A DNA stretch of 64,000 nucleotides from a virus. Its lineage: Duplodnaviria; Heunggongvirae; Uroviricota; Caudoviricetes. The position numbers and the translations under genes were made by a program. The stretch is from IMG/VR virus record IMGVR_UViG_3300034107_000364. The stretch is one strand, 5' to 3'. Each line of letters starts with the position of its first letter. The first letter of the stretch is position 1. Of this stretch, positions 1-8,903 are shown in pieces. The notes beneath the pieces were generated by a model. That model was given only the letters and a program-made list of their open reading frames with translations, was not told the DNA's origin and made no database searches.

Positions 1-2
1 TC

Positions 3-305
3 TTGGAACTTGGATCTATTATTTTAAAGAATGCAAGTAACTTTGTTGCTGCAAACCCTGCAGAAGAAATGCAAAGATTACACAACGAACTTAGATCAGA
101 ATCAGATAAAATTAAAGCAAACGGAGACCTTTCTCAAATTGCAAAAGTTGAAGCAGAATTAGCAAGACTAGACAGAATTGGTGGGATTGAATCAATTATA
201 CCAACAGAAGGTTTAGTATTTGTTTACAAAGGTCATACATATAAATTAACAGGAACTTTCGCTGCTGTAAATCAGCTTATGGGTTTCATAAAATACGGAA
301 GATAA
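3..305 (+). CDS. Hypothetical protein, 5'-truncated by the window edge; C-terminus has ligase-like motifs (EGLVF...YKLTG)
   Basis: ORF open from the window start; stop overlaps the next ATG (TAATG). Confidence 0.6.
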   Translation: MELGSIILKNASNFVAANPAEEMQRLHNELRSESDKIKANGDLSQIAKVEAELARLDRIGGIESIIPTEGLVFVYKGHTYKLTGTFAAVNQLMGFIKYGR

Positions 306-2152
306 TGGCATTACAAAACTTAAGAACATACTTTGAATCTTCTAACATCAATGACTTCTTGTCAATGATAGAGTTACCGTGTGTTGTATCAGAAAAAATA
401 CAAGCATCTTCATTCCACGTTAGAAAAACTAATACAGGATTTGAATATTTTAAAAGTGGTTCTAAATCGGCAATGGACAGAATAGACAGAACTATGGTTA
501 AATACTATGAAAATGGTATTAATTATTTTAAAACTATTTTACCAGAAGTTACTGAAGAAATGCCAGTAGATTGGAAATTTGGATTTGACTACATGATTGA
601 CAACAAGACTGTAGATATTGAGTATGATATTTTACCAAAAAATCACTTAATTTTAACACACATTCAAATATTAAATCCTACTGATCCAACTCAAATTAAA
701 AAAGTAATTAGAGATCCACAAGTATTAAACAAGTGGGCTGATAAATTAGGAGTTAATAGAACACCTGTTATTTTTGAAGGTAAATTACAATCAAATCAAA
801 AAGATGAACTAGTTAGACTTTTAGAAATATCAGATACTGATTTCGCAATTAGATTTAAAGATCATTCTTTCACAAGAACAATATACAATATATTCAATAA
901 TGGACTTACAAATCCAGCATTGAACTATTCATTAGATAATGACATTGACGGATTAATCATTAATTTTTACGAGGGTAAAACAATTAAAAGTTTTAAGTTA
1001 GAAAGATTTGATCGTAAACCACAAGAAGACAGATCACCTTCAGATATGTACCAAATTTCAATTTTAGATTTGGTAGAATATATTACTAATTTCGATATTA
1101 ATAGTATTCAATTAACAGAAGAGTCTGCAGATTTAAGATACATTGAATTAATTTCAGAACTATATAATGGATATGTTGAAAAGAATGCAACTAAATATGT
1201 AGGTGCTAATTTCGATTCAGCTGATTTCTCAGATAATCCAGGTTTTGAATTGAATACTAATTTTATTAACAATGAAAAAACTTTATCATTTGTTCAAAAT
1301 GATGTTTTAGCAGAACTATATAAGATTGCATTAGGAAGCTTTAGAAAGAGAAGAAATAAAGAGACTGATATTATTAACAAAGATTTGATGATTCAGATCA
1401 ACGATATTGTAGATAATATAGAAACTTTAGTAATGGCTAAAACTAATGAAAATGATGTGATGACATTCAAGTCATATCTTATTAATCAAAAACTTCAATA
1501 TACAGACAGTCCAGTTTTAGAAGGACTTTCAGTTAAATATCCAGATCAGGGCAAAATGCCAGTAAATATGTTTGTTGGTAGATTCCAACCATTTACATTA
1601 GGACATGTTAAAGTTATTGAAACTATTTATAAACAAAATGGATTTCCAGTAGTTATATTTTTAGTTAAATCAAAAACTAAGAAAAAAGAGGATGCATTCT
1701 CAAGACCTTACGACGAAGAAACTCAACTTAAGATGTTAGAAAAACTTAAAGGAAAATATCCTATTCAAGAAGTTTTTATAATTGATAGAGGTGCAATCGA
1801 TTTAATGTTTAACACGATGAGACCTAACTACGAACCAGTATTATGGGGAACAGGATCAGACAGATTACAAACATATTCATATCAAGTTGATAAACCAGAA
1901 TATAGAGAAGATTTAGGTTGTAGACCAGATTTCGGTTTGTTTGAAATACCAAGAACTGGCAAAAACATTTCAGCTACTCAAGTTAGAGAAGCTATGTTGG
2001 CTGATGACGAGAAGACTTTTAAGAAGCTAACACCAACACCGATACATGATATGTACAGTGAACTAAAGGCTAAACTAGAAGCATCTATGGGCGTTACAAC
2101 AGAGTCTAACGACACAACATTAACATTCGATCAATTTATTAAGAATATATAA
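305..2152 (+). CDS. Fusion of a degenerate RNA-ligase-like N-terminal domain and a C-terminal HxGH-superfamily (cytidylyltransferase-like) nucleotidyltransferase
   Basis: C-terminal GRFQPFTLGH, GSDR and ISATQVR motifs; N-terminal SEKIQAS, DGLIINF and FKL resemble ligase motifs I, IV and V. Confidence 0.6.
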   Translation: MALQNLRTYFESSNINDFLSMIELPCVVSEKIQASSFHVRKTNTGFEYFKSGSKSAMDRIDRTMVKYYENGINYFKTILPEVTEEMPVDWKFGFDYMIDNKTVDIEYDILPKNHLILTHIQILNPTDPTQIKKVIRDPQVLNKWADKLGVNRTPVIFEGKLQSNQKDELVRLLEISDTDFAIRFKDHSFTRTIYNIFNNGLTNPALNYSLDNDIDGLIINFYEGKTIKSFKLERFDRKPQEDRSPSDMYQISILDLVEYITNFDINSIQLTEESADLRYIELISELYNGYVEKNATKYVGANFDSADFSDNPGFELNTNFINNEKTLSFVQNDVLAELYKIALGSFRKRRNKETDIINKDLMIQINDIVDNIETLVMAKTNENDVMTFKSYLINQKLQYTDSPVLEGLSVKYPDQGKMPVNMFVGRFQPFTLGHVKVIETIYKQNGFPVVIFLVKSKTKKKEDAFSRPYDEETQLKMLEKLKGKYPIQEVFIIDRGAIDLMFNTMRPNYEPVLWGTGSDRLQTYSYQVDKPEYREDLGCRPDFGLFEIPRTGKNISATQVREAMLADDEKTFKKLTPTPIHDMYSELKAKLEASMGVTTESNDTTLTFDQFIKNI

Positions 2153-2160
2153 TATAAAAC

Positions 2161-3726
2161 ATGGAAACAGGAATGTCATTTAACGAATTCATTAACGAAA
2201 GAAATATTACCATTAAAAGGCAATATACTCAAAATCACCCAGCTAAAACCGTAGGTAAAGCTGCTAAGATTAGAAATAAAGTATTAGAAGCTATTAAAGA
2301 TGGTAAACTTACTAAAGAAGAATTCGACACAATTTTAAGGGAAATGACAACTGATTCCACTAGATGGATGAGAAGAAATTCAAGCTATATTACAATGAAT
2401 GAAGAAGGTATTTCACTTTCTAAAATGGGTAAAAGAATCTTAAGCCAAATTTCGGTTAACGAAGAGATCAATGAGAAAGCTACTCCATTTAAAATTGCAA
2501 ATGTAATGGCAGAAGAGATATTTGGAGAATTTGGTATTGCTACATTAAGCTATGATCAAATTGAAAGAATCATCGATATTAAAAAAGCTGATGCACTGTC
2601 AAAGAAATACGGAGAAAATAGCTTTATGGCTTTATCAGAATTAGATATGGAAGAACTTCTTAACAAGAATAAAAACTTAATAAAAGAAAATAAAACAAAT
2701 AATATGAAAACAAATTTTATTCATGAATCATTCAAAGGATTCGTTAATGCTTTGAATGAAGCAAATGTTAATGAGTCATTTGCATCGATGCAGTTGTCAA
2801 ACTTATTCACTAGAGATGGCGGTAAACTTGATCAAGCTCTAGTTAAAGGATTCTATAACGCTACTAAAGTTAAATTAGATTTAGTACAAGATGAAGATCT
2901 ATTAACAATGGATGCTAATACGGCATACAAAAATAAACAATCGGACACTATTATATTTTATATCTCTGATACACCTAAAGAAAATCCTTATGCACCAGCA
3001 GATGCATATAGTTCTGCAAAGAATATTCCAGGTGAAGGTTACTTATTAGCTGTAGCTTCAGGTGATAATAAATTCTATGACAATGCATGGTCTAAATATG
3101 CTAAAGACAGAAGTTTTAAGCAAGTAGATAATAATCCAAGTGATTCAATAGGTATCGGTAAAAGATATTCTGGATGGGATGCTACAGGATTATATAATGT
3201 AAAAAGAATTTCAGAAGTTGCTGACAGAGCGGTTGTAATTAATGTTGCATTGCTTAAACAAAAATATTCTTCTGAAAACGAAAGAGCAGAAAGAAGAGCA
3301 GCTAGATCAGGTGCAACAGCATTTAAATCTGATAAAGATTTTAAAACTGAAAACCAGAACAGATACCACCAAATCTTAGCTCAAAAAGCCGCAGCAATGC
3401 CATTAGATAGTATTGTAGCAGAAGCTATTGAAAAAATAAGCAATCAAATTAAAGATGCTTTATCAAAAGGTGAAAAAGGAAAATACGGAGAAATCTTAAT
3501 AGGTACTAGTTCAAAAGGAAGAGAATGTAAAATGTCAGATGCTGCATACCACATGAAAAACATCTTAGATGAATATCAAAGATATGTTGGTTATGTTCAA
3601 CAAGAAGCAGACAGTCTTGCTAGATATGGTTCATCAGAATCATGGTACAAAAAAGAAGTAGAAAATTACGCAAAAAGTGTTAAAGACAAAGTTGACCAAA
3701 TCGAGTCAATGTCTTATGCATGGTAA
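2161..3726 (+). CDS. Hypothetical protein, probable head-internal (virion) protein
   Basis: 521-aa ORF; SFNEFINE and several (L/I/V)NE motifs resembling T4 gp21 cleavage sites; late-promoter variant AATATATA at 2144-2151. Confidence 0.55.
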   Translation: METGMSFNEFINERNITIKRQYTQNHPAKTVGKAAKIRNKVLEAIKDGKLTKEEFDTILREMTTDSTRWMRRNSSYITMNEEGISLSKMGKRILSQISVNEEINEKATPFKIANVMAEEIFGEFGIATLSYDQIERIIDIKKADALSKKYGENSFMALSELDMEELLNKNKNLIKENKTNNMKTNFIHESFKGFVNALNEANVNESFASMQLSNLFTRDGGKLDQALVKGFYNATKVKLDLVQDEDLLTMDANTAYKNKQSDTIIFYISDTPKENPYAPADAYSSAKNIPGEGYLLAVASGDNKFYDNAWSKYAKDRSFKQVDNNPSDSIGIGKRYSGWDATGLYNVKRISEVADRAVVINVALLKQKYSSENERAERRAARSGATAFKSDKDFKTENQNRYHQILAQKAAAMPLDSIVAEAIEKISNQIKDALSKGEKGKYGEILIGTSSKGRECKMSDAAYHMKNILDEYQRYVGYVQQEADSLARYGSSESWYKKEVENYAKSVKDKVDQIESMSYAW

Positions 3727-3741
3727 TAAAAAGATATAAAG

Positions 3742-4380
3742 ATGCCAAGTAAATCAGTAGCACAACAACACTTAATGGGAATGGCTTACGCTTACAAAAA
3801 GGGTGAGTTAAAGTCAGATGAAGTAAGCGGAGAAGTTAAAGACTTGGCTGATTCAATGACTATGCAACAACTTAAAGATTTTGCAAGTACAAAACATAAG
3901 GGCTTACCAGCATATGTTGAAGAAAATATAACAACTGCAGCAATGGCAGGTATGGGACCAGTAGTTTTACCAATGAATGGTGTTAATGGTTCTGGTGATG
4001 TACCAGCAGGAAAAGGCGATGCTAAGAAAGCATATAAGAAAAAGAAAAAGAAAACAGTGGTACATTTAACATTTGAAAGTTTTGTAAACGAAGCATACGA
4101 GAATGATGACATCAATATGATGTATGGTTACTTTGGAAGCATGGAACAAGAATATGATGAAGCTAAAGCACATAAAGAGTTTGATCAAGCAGTAAAAGAT
4201 TTAATTAAAGAATTTAAGTTTAAAGAACAAGACGCACTGAACTTATTAAATTCAAAAGTAGGAAGGCAAGCAGCAGATGCTATCATTTCTGGAGAATGCG
4301 AAAAAGGTGCAGTAAACGGCGTTTATTGGTACTTAGGAAAAGATAAAAACAAAGTTATATCATATACTAAGAAATTGTAA
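3742..4380 (+). CDS. DUF3008-like N-terminal domain protein, probable virion protein
   Basis: MPSKSVAQQ...DFASTKHKGLP matches the DUF3008 pattern; TFESFVNE motif. Confidence 0.6.
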   Translation: MPSKSVAQQHLMGMAYAYKKGELKSDEVSGEVKDLADSMTMQQLKDFASTKHKGLPAYVEENITTAAMAGMGPVVLPMNGVNGSGDVPAGKGDAKKAYKKKKKKTVVHLTFESFVNEAYENDDINMMYGYFGSMEQEYDEAKAHKEFDQAVKDLIKEFKFKEQDALNLLNSKVGRQAADAIISGECEKGAVNGVYWYLGKDKNKVISYTKKL

Positions 4381-4400
4381 TATTAACATAGATATTTTTG

Positions 4401-4429
4401 AAGCCCAGTCGTAAGTCTGGGCTTTTTTT
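4401..4429 (+). terminator. Rho-independent terminator
   Basis: AAGCCCAG / CTGGGCTT stem followed by a T-run. Confidence 0.85.
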
Positions 4430-4434
4430 ATGCA

Positions 4435-4516
4435 TTGTTCGTAACTTTTTAGAAAATAAACGCAAAAAGATTTTGGGTTGTCAAATATTAGTAGTATATT
4501 AGCCTTATAATTAAAA
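4435..4516 (+). promoter_or_regulatory. Class 1 (early/host-type) promoter with upstream TTGTTCGTAACTT box
   Basis: TTGTCA 4478-4483, N11, TATATTAG 4495-4502, then CCTTATAATTAAAA; same architecture at about 6950, 8613 and 59240. Confidence 0.7.
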
Positions 4517-4527
4517 CACTAACAGAT

Positions 4528-4794
4528 ATGACAGTCACAACTTACACAAGATTCAATAGACACGAAAGCATGAATGCTGAAACTAGAATGGAAATCATGG
4601 AAATTATTAGAGAACTTATCGATTTTGATAATACTCGTAGATTAGAGAATTTCATGTATGGTTTATTCGATGGATATTTATATTCAGATATTCAAATTGA
4701 AGCATTACAGTTGCCTACAGAAATTGGATCAAGAATTATGAGAGTATTCGATATTTGTAACCGTTACCCTAAATCACAAACTCAAAACAATTAA
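4528..4794 (+). CDS. Hypothetical protein
   Basis: 88-aa ORF directly after a class 1 promoter. Confidence 0.7.
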   Translation: MTVTTYTRFNRHESMNAETRMEIMEIIRELIDFDNTRRLENFMYGLFDGYLYSDIQIEALQLPTEIGSRIMRVFDICNRYPKSQTQNN

Positions 4795-4797
4795 TAT

Positions 4798-5091
4798 ATG
4801 ACAACTTTAGAACAAATCGAAAAAGTAAAAGAATTAGTGTCAAACTATTTTGACCAAAACGCAGAATGGTGTGGAGTAGCATCTCTGTCAGAATCTGAAG
4901 CACAACACGTAATCCAAATCGGTGCATCGATTTTGTGTACCAAATGGGAAGTTGGTTATGCTGGTGGAGGTTTTGTACAATCATTCGTTAAAAATGATTT
5001 AATGGGTGCTTTGGGTAGTGCAGACTCTACAAGTCTTAAAGGATTTAAATTCTTTGCAGCCTTAATGTATAATATTGGAAAACCTTTCTAA
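4798..5091 (+). CDS. Hypothetical protein
   Basis: 97-aa ORF, tightly coupled to the previous gene. Confidence 0.7.
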   Translation: MTTLEQIEKVKELVSNYFDQNAEWCGVASLSESEAQHVIQIGASILCTKWEVGYAGGGFVQSFVKNDLMGALGSADSTSLKGFKFFAALMYNIGKPF

Positions 5092-5098
5092 TATTTTT

Positions 5099-5125
5099 GA
5101 AACAATAAAAAACTTAGTAGTATAA
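5099..5125 (+). promoter_or_regulatory. Class 2 promoter GAAAC-N17-TATAA
   Basis: GAAAC 5099-5103, TATAA 5121-5125; motif recurs upstream of at least 8 genes. Confidence 0.7.
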
Positions 5126-5155
5126 CAATCAAATTAGCAATTTAACATTCACGTT

Positions 5156-6589
5156 ATGAAATTAGTAGACGCTTTAAGACAAGAAGACATTTTAACAGAA
5201 AATGGCATGGCCACAAACTCAAGCTCATTAAATGCTTGTGTAGATTTATTCTTTAACATTGGTGCAATGAGAGGCCAAGACAAACAACGTTTGATCGCAA
5301 CCTTTTCGAAAGCGTTCAATGAAGATCCTAAACGTGCAATGAAATTGTTATTTTGGGCACGTGATGTTAGAGGTGGTGCAGGTGAACGTCAAGTTTTCAA
5401 AGACATCTTGGTTTACTTAGCTGAGAATCATGACTTGGTATTAAGACCAAACTTACACTTGATTTCAGAGTACGGTCGTTGGGATGACTTGTTAGTTCTT
5501 ACAGGAACTTACTTAGAGAAAGAAGCATTTACATTAATCTCAGATGCAATCATCGCAGAAAACGGTTTATGTGCTAAGTGGATGCCACGTAAAGGTGCAG
5601 TAGCTGAGAAGTTACGTAAATTCACAGGCATGTCACCTAAACAATATCGTAAATCATTAGTTGGTTTGACAAGTGTTGTTGAAACTAAAATGTGTGCTAA
5701 AGATTGGGACTCTATTGAATTTGGTAAATTGCCATCAGTAGCCAGTGCACGATACCAAAAAGCATTTGGTAAAAATGCATACGAAAGTTATTCAGCTTAC
5801 ATCGCTTCTTTAGTGAAAGGTGAAGCTAAGATCAATGCAGGTGCAGTGTATCCATATGATGTGATTAAGTCATTGACTCATGGAAATGCAACAGTTGCTA
5901 ACGAGCAATGGAAAGCTTTACCAAACTACATGGAAGGTGCAAACGATATGATTTTACCAGTCGTGGATGTTTCAGGTTCTATGTCGTCTGCCGCAGGAAA
6001 CAGTAAAACTGTAACTTGTATGGATGTTGCAATCTCTTTAGGTCTTTATATTTCTGAAAGAAATGAAGGTCCTTTCAAAGATGCTTTCGTAACATTCTCA
6101 GATAATCCAAAATTACAAGTAGTTTCTGGATCTTTAGCTGACAGATATGCACAAATGTCAACAGCTGACTGGGGAATGAGTACAAACTTAGAAGCTACAT
6201 TTAAATTGATTTTAGATCAAGCTACTAAGCACAAGTTATCTCAAGACGAGATGCCAAATAAAATCTTAATCTTATCAGATATGGAATTTAATTCGGCAAC
6301 ATGTTCTAGAGGTTATGGAAGTAATAGAAAAGATGCTTGGAATCCTACAGCTCAACAAATGATTGAGAACATGTACGATGTAGCAGGTTACACAATGCCT
6401 CAAATAGTTTATTGGAATATTCAATCCAGAAATGGTGGTGTACCAGTAGCATTTGACAAAGCAGGAACTGCATTAGTTTCAGGTTTCTCACCAGCAATTA
6501 TGACAAGTTTACTTGGAGGTGATATTGAGTCACCACAACAAATAATGGATAAAACAATCTTGAGCGAGAGATACGCTCCAATTGTTTAG
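5156..6589 (+). CDS. Ro60/TROVE-like RNA-binding protein with C-terminal vWA domain (DUF2828 family)
   Basis: FWARDVRGGAGER, YGRWDDL, AKWMPR, MIDAS-like VVDVSGS, LILSDMEF and IVYWN are the typical DUF2828/TROVE-vWA motifs. Confidence 0.8.
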   Translation: MKLVDALRQEDILTENGMATNSSSLNACVDLFFNIGAMRGQDKQRLIATFSKAFNEDPKRAMKLLFWARDVRGGAGERQVFKDILVYLAENHDLVLRPNLHLISEYGRWDDLLVLTGTYLEKEAFTLISDAIIAENGLCAKWMPRKGAVAEKLRKFTGMSPKQYRKSLVGLTSVVETKMCAKDWDSIEFGKLPSVASARYQKAFGKNAYESYSAYIASLVKGEAKINAGAVYPYDVIKSLTHGNATVANEQWKALPNYMEGANDMILPVVDVSGSMSSAAGNSKTVTCMDVAISLGLYISERNEGPFKDAFVTFSDNPKLQVVSGSLADRYAQMSTADWGMSTNLEATFKLILDQATKHKLSQDEMPNKILILSDMEFNSATCSRGYGSNRKDAWNPTAQQMIENMYDVAGYTMPQIVYWNIQSRNGGVPVAFDKAGTALVSGFSPAIMTSLLGGDIESPQQIMDKTILSERYAPIV

Positions 6590-6605
6590 ATATATAAAGA
6601 AATTG

Positions 6606-6662
6606 GGTTCCTTACAGCAACATATACAAACCTCAATTTTAAACAACGGAAAACAAGGAACC
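6606..6662 (+). ncRNA. Candidate small RNA element 1 (stem-ACAGCAA-A-rich loop-stem), Ro-associated
   Basis: Perfect 8-bp stem GGTTCCTT 6606-6613 / AAGGAACC 6655-6662; late promoter GATATATA at 6589-6596; no ORF. Confidence 0.55.
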
Positions 6663-6666
6663 AGGT

Positions 6667-6922
6667 GGATAGGTACAGCAAAAAGTACAAACACAGCTAT
6701 GATAGAGTCTAGATAAAAACGTGGAGTTTAAACTGGTTCGCTACTTTAAACAGTGAAGCGCTAGACAAGGTGAAGGTTAACACTAGAAAATGGATCACAA
6801 GTCATACCACCCCAATAGGTGCAATTAGGATGTAGTCGAATAACAGTAGACTCTCGCGAAAGCAAAGCCGAAGACTATAAAGAGGGTTATTCTGCCGAGA
6901 AGAAAATCACGAACAACTATCC
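6667..6922 (+). ncRNA. Candidate structured RNA element 2 (about 256 nt, pseudoknotted)
   Basis: Closing stem GGATAG 6667-6672 / CTATCC 6917-6922, followed by the same TACAGCAA motif; internal helices AGAGTCTA/TAGACTCT and TGTAGTC/GACTATA cross each other; GNRA hairpin at 6856-6863. Confidence 0.55.
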
Positions 6923-6935
6923 CGTATTAGATTAG

Positions 6936-6984
6936 AATCCTGGTAAAAATTGTTAATAACTTTTTTAGCCAGGATTTTTTTTTG
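6936..6984 (+). terminator. Terminator-like hairpin ending the ncRNA unit
   Basis: AATCCTGG 6936-6943 / CCAGGATT 6969-6976 followed by a T-run; encloses the TTGTTAATAACTT box. Confidence 0.65.
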
Positions 6985-7020
6985 TCAATTATTATTCGTA
7001 TATTAGCTCTATAATTAAAA
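6950..7020 (+). promoter_or_regulatory. Class 1 promoter with upstream TTGTTAATAACTT box
   Basis: Box 6950-6962; TTGTCA 6982-6987; TATATTAG 6999-7006; CTCTATAATTAAAA. Confidence 0.7.
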
Positions 7021-7031
7021 ACAAACAAATT

Positions 7032-7766
7032 ATGCCACAGATATTTAAAGTAGGAGGTTGCATTAGAGATAAGTTTCTCGGAGTCGACTCAAAGGACATA
7101 GATTTCACATTCGTCTTGGACGATTTAAGTGGAACAGTAGAAGATGGTTTTAAAATCATGACAGATTGGATGACTGAAAGAGGATTTGAAATCTTCTTAA
7201 GTACTCCAGATTGTTTTACGATTAGAGCTAAGTTTCCAAAAGATCACCAATTTACTGGACTTGTTGCAGATTTTGTAATGGCAAGAAAAGAAGTTGGTTA
7301 CACTGAAGGAACTCGTAGACCAATCTTAGAACTTGGAACTCTTGAAGACGATTTACTTCGTCGAGATTTCACAGTCAATGCTTTAGCAGAAGATATTGAT
7401 GGAAACCTTATTGACCTTTTTGGTGGTATTGAGGATTTAAAGGTTGGTATTTTAAGAACTCCAATGGATGCGATGGTTACGATGATGGACGACCCATTAA
7501 GAATCTTAAGAGCCTTAAGATTTACGATCACGAAGGATTTTGTAATGAGTGATGATATTTGGGAAGCAATGAAACAACCAAACATCTTAAAGAAACTTGA
7601 ACAAACAGTAAGTAGTCAAAGAATTAGAGAGGAAATCGACAAGATGATGAGATTTAATACCACTAGAAGTTTTAGACTCTTAATGGATGTTGATGAGATT
7701 ATTCCAGGATTTTTAGAATTAATCTTCAAAGATGGAATGTGGTTAATGCCAACTTTTAAAAAATAA
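7032..7766 (+). CDS. cca: tRNA nucleotidyltransferase (CCA-adding / poly(A) polymerase class II head domain)
   Basis: VGGCIRD, KDIDF, DLLRRDFTVNALA and DDPLRILRALRF signature motifs. Confidence 0.85.
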   Translation: MPQIFKVGGCIRDKFLGVDSKDIDFTFVLDDLSGTVEDGFKIMTDWMTERGFEIFLSTPDCFTIRAKFPKDHQFTGLVADFVMARKEVGYTEGTRRPILELGTLEDDLLRRDFTVNALAEDIDGNLIDLFGGIEDLKVGILRTPMDAMVTMMDDPLRILRALRFTITKDFVMSDDIWEAMKQPNILKKLEQTVSSQRIREEIDKMMRFNTTRSFRLLMDVDEIIPGFLELIFKDGMWLMPTFKK

Positions 7767-7769
7767 GAT

Positions 7770-7961
7770 ATGAAAAATATTCCAATTAAAACATTAAGAG
7801 AATTATTCATGAGTTATCAATCTCAATATTATAATGAGAATGAGATGCAGAGTTTAATTGAACAATCTGACCAAAATAGATCTATTATTGCGGGAGGATA
7901 TGATGAATACATCATGGAAAATTTTACAATTAAAAACGGTGGTTTAGCTAAAAACAAATAA
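7770..7961 (+). CDS. Hypothetical protein
   Basis: 63-aa ORF in operon spacing. Confidence 0.55.
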   Translation: MKNIPIKTLRELFMSYQSQYYNENEMQSLIEQSDQNRSIIAGGYDEYIMENFTIKNGGLAKNK

Positions 7962-7965
7962 AATT

Positions 7966-8619
7966 ATGATAAACAATTTAGAATTAATTAGACCTTTATT
8001 GAACTTCGAAAAGAAGGGTGACTTTTATATGCTTTATGTTTTTAAACGTAAGAAAGATCAACCTGAAGGCGAACGAGATAATCATCAATCAGTACGAACT
8101 ATTAAGACTTATTGTATTGAAAGTATTGACCATTTGGAACGCAGATGGGATGAGATTATTCAATTATGTGAGATGTTTAAGGCACGTGCTTACATCCATG
8201 TACAAAAACAAAATCACTTTGATGTATCACTCAACATGATGGTTGCATTGGCTCAAAGAATTCAAGATGGTAACAATAACCAAAAAGGATTATTTGATTC
8301 AGTTGTTGGTCAAATCAAAACTCAAGAGAAAAGATGGATCATTGATGTAGATGATATGATGGAAGCTAGTCCAGTAATGATGGCTTATATTGAATATAAT
8401 TGTGCACCAATTACTAAAGTTAAATTTGATGAAGCAGGAATGCCAATTGGATATGAAGTTGGACCAAAGATTGAAGCGATTATTCCAACTAAAAATGGAC
8501 ACCATTTAATCACTAAGAAGTTTGATGTGATGAAGTTTAAAGAGGCTTATCCTGAATTAGACATTCAAAAGAAGAATCCAACCCTATTGTACTATCCTGA
8601 TAGTCTAGAAAATTGTTAA
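7966..8619 (+). CDS. Hypothetical protein, possible AEP (primase-polymerase) superfamily fold
   Basis: WIIDVDD (DxD motif) and PTKNGHH (sxxGxH-like motif). Confidence 0.45.
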   Translation: MINNLELIRPLLNFEKKGDFYMLYVFKRKKDQPEGERDNHQSVRTIKTYCIESIDHLERRWDEIIQLCEMFKARAYIHVQKQNHFDVSLNMMVALAQRIQDGNNNQKGLFDSVVGQIKTQEKRWIIDVDDMMEASPVMMAYIEYNCAPITKVKFDEAGMPIGYEVGPKIEAIIPTKNGHHLITKKFDVMKFKEAYPELDIQKKNPTLLYYPDSLENC

Positions 8620-8684
8620 TAACTTTTATTATTAATATTTTTTTATGTCAATTATTATATGTATATTAGCCTTATAATTAAAAC
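8613..8684 (+). promoter_or_regulatory. Class 1 promoter with upstream TTGTTAATAACTT box
   Basis: Box 8613-8625; TGTCA 8646-8650; TATATTAG 8662-8669; CCTTATAATTAAAA. Confidence 0.7.
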
Positions 8685-8693
8685 AAACACATT

Positions 8694-8894
8694 ATGACAA
8701 AGATAGAATTAGATTACAGTAAGATTGACAACGTATTTGTTGGAGGAATTGATATGGAAGATTATGGAGATTTCTGTGATGCTTACATTGAATCAGCTGA
8801 TTATGATGGTCGTGAAATGACCGAAGAAGAGTTGGATATTTTAAATGAAGATAGCCAATTTGTAAACGAATCAGTGTTTGCTCAACTTTATTAA
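8694..8894 (+). CDS. Hypothetical acidic protein
   Basis: 66-aa ORF after a class 1 promoter. Confidence 0.65.
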   Translation: MTKIELDYSKIDNVFVGGIDMEDYGDFCDAYIESADYDGREMTEEELDILNEDSQFVNESVFAQLY

Positions 8895-8903
8895 AGGCAA
8901 AAC

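Noticed and set aside
6667-6922. Assignment of RNA element 2 as a group I intron, HDV/theta ribozyme, tmRNA or RNase P RNA
   Set aside because: P7-like strands are in reversed order and there is no interrupted gene; HDV P3/L3/P1.1 is missing; there are no tmRNA tRNA-like ends and no RNase P GAGGAAAGUCC motif.
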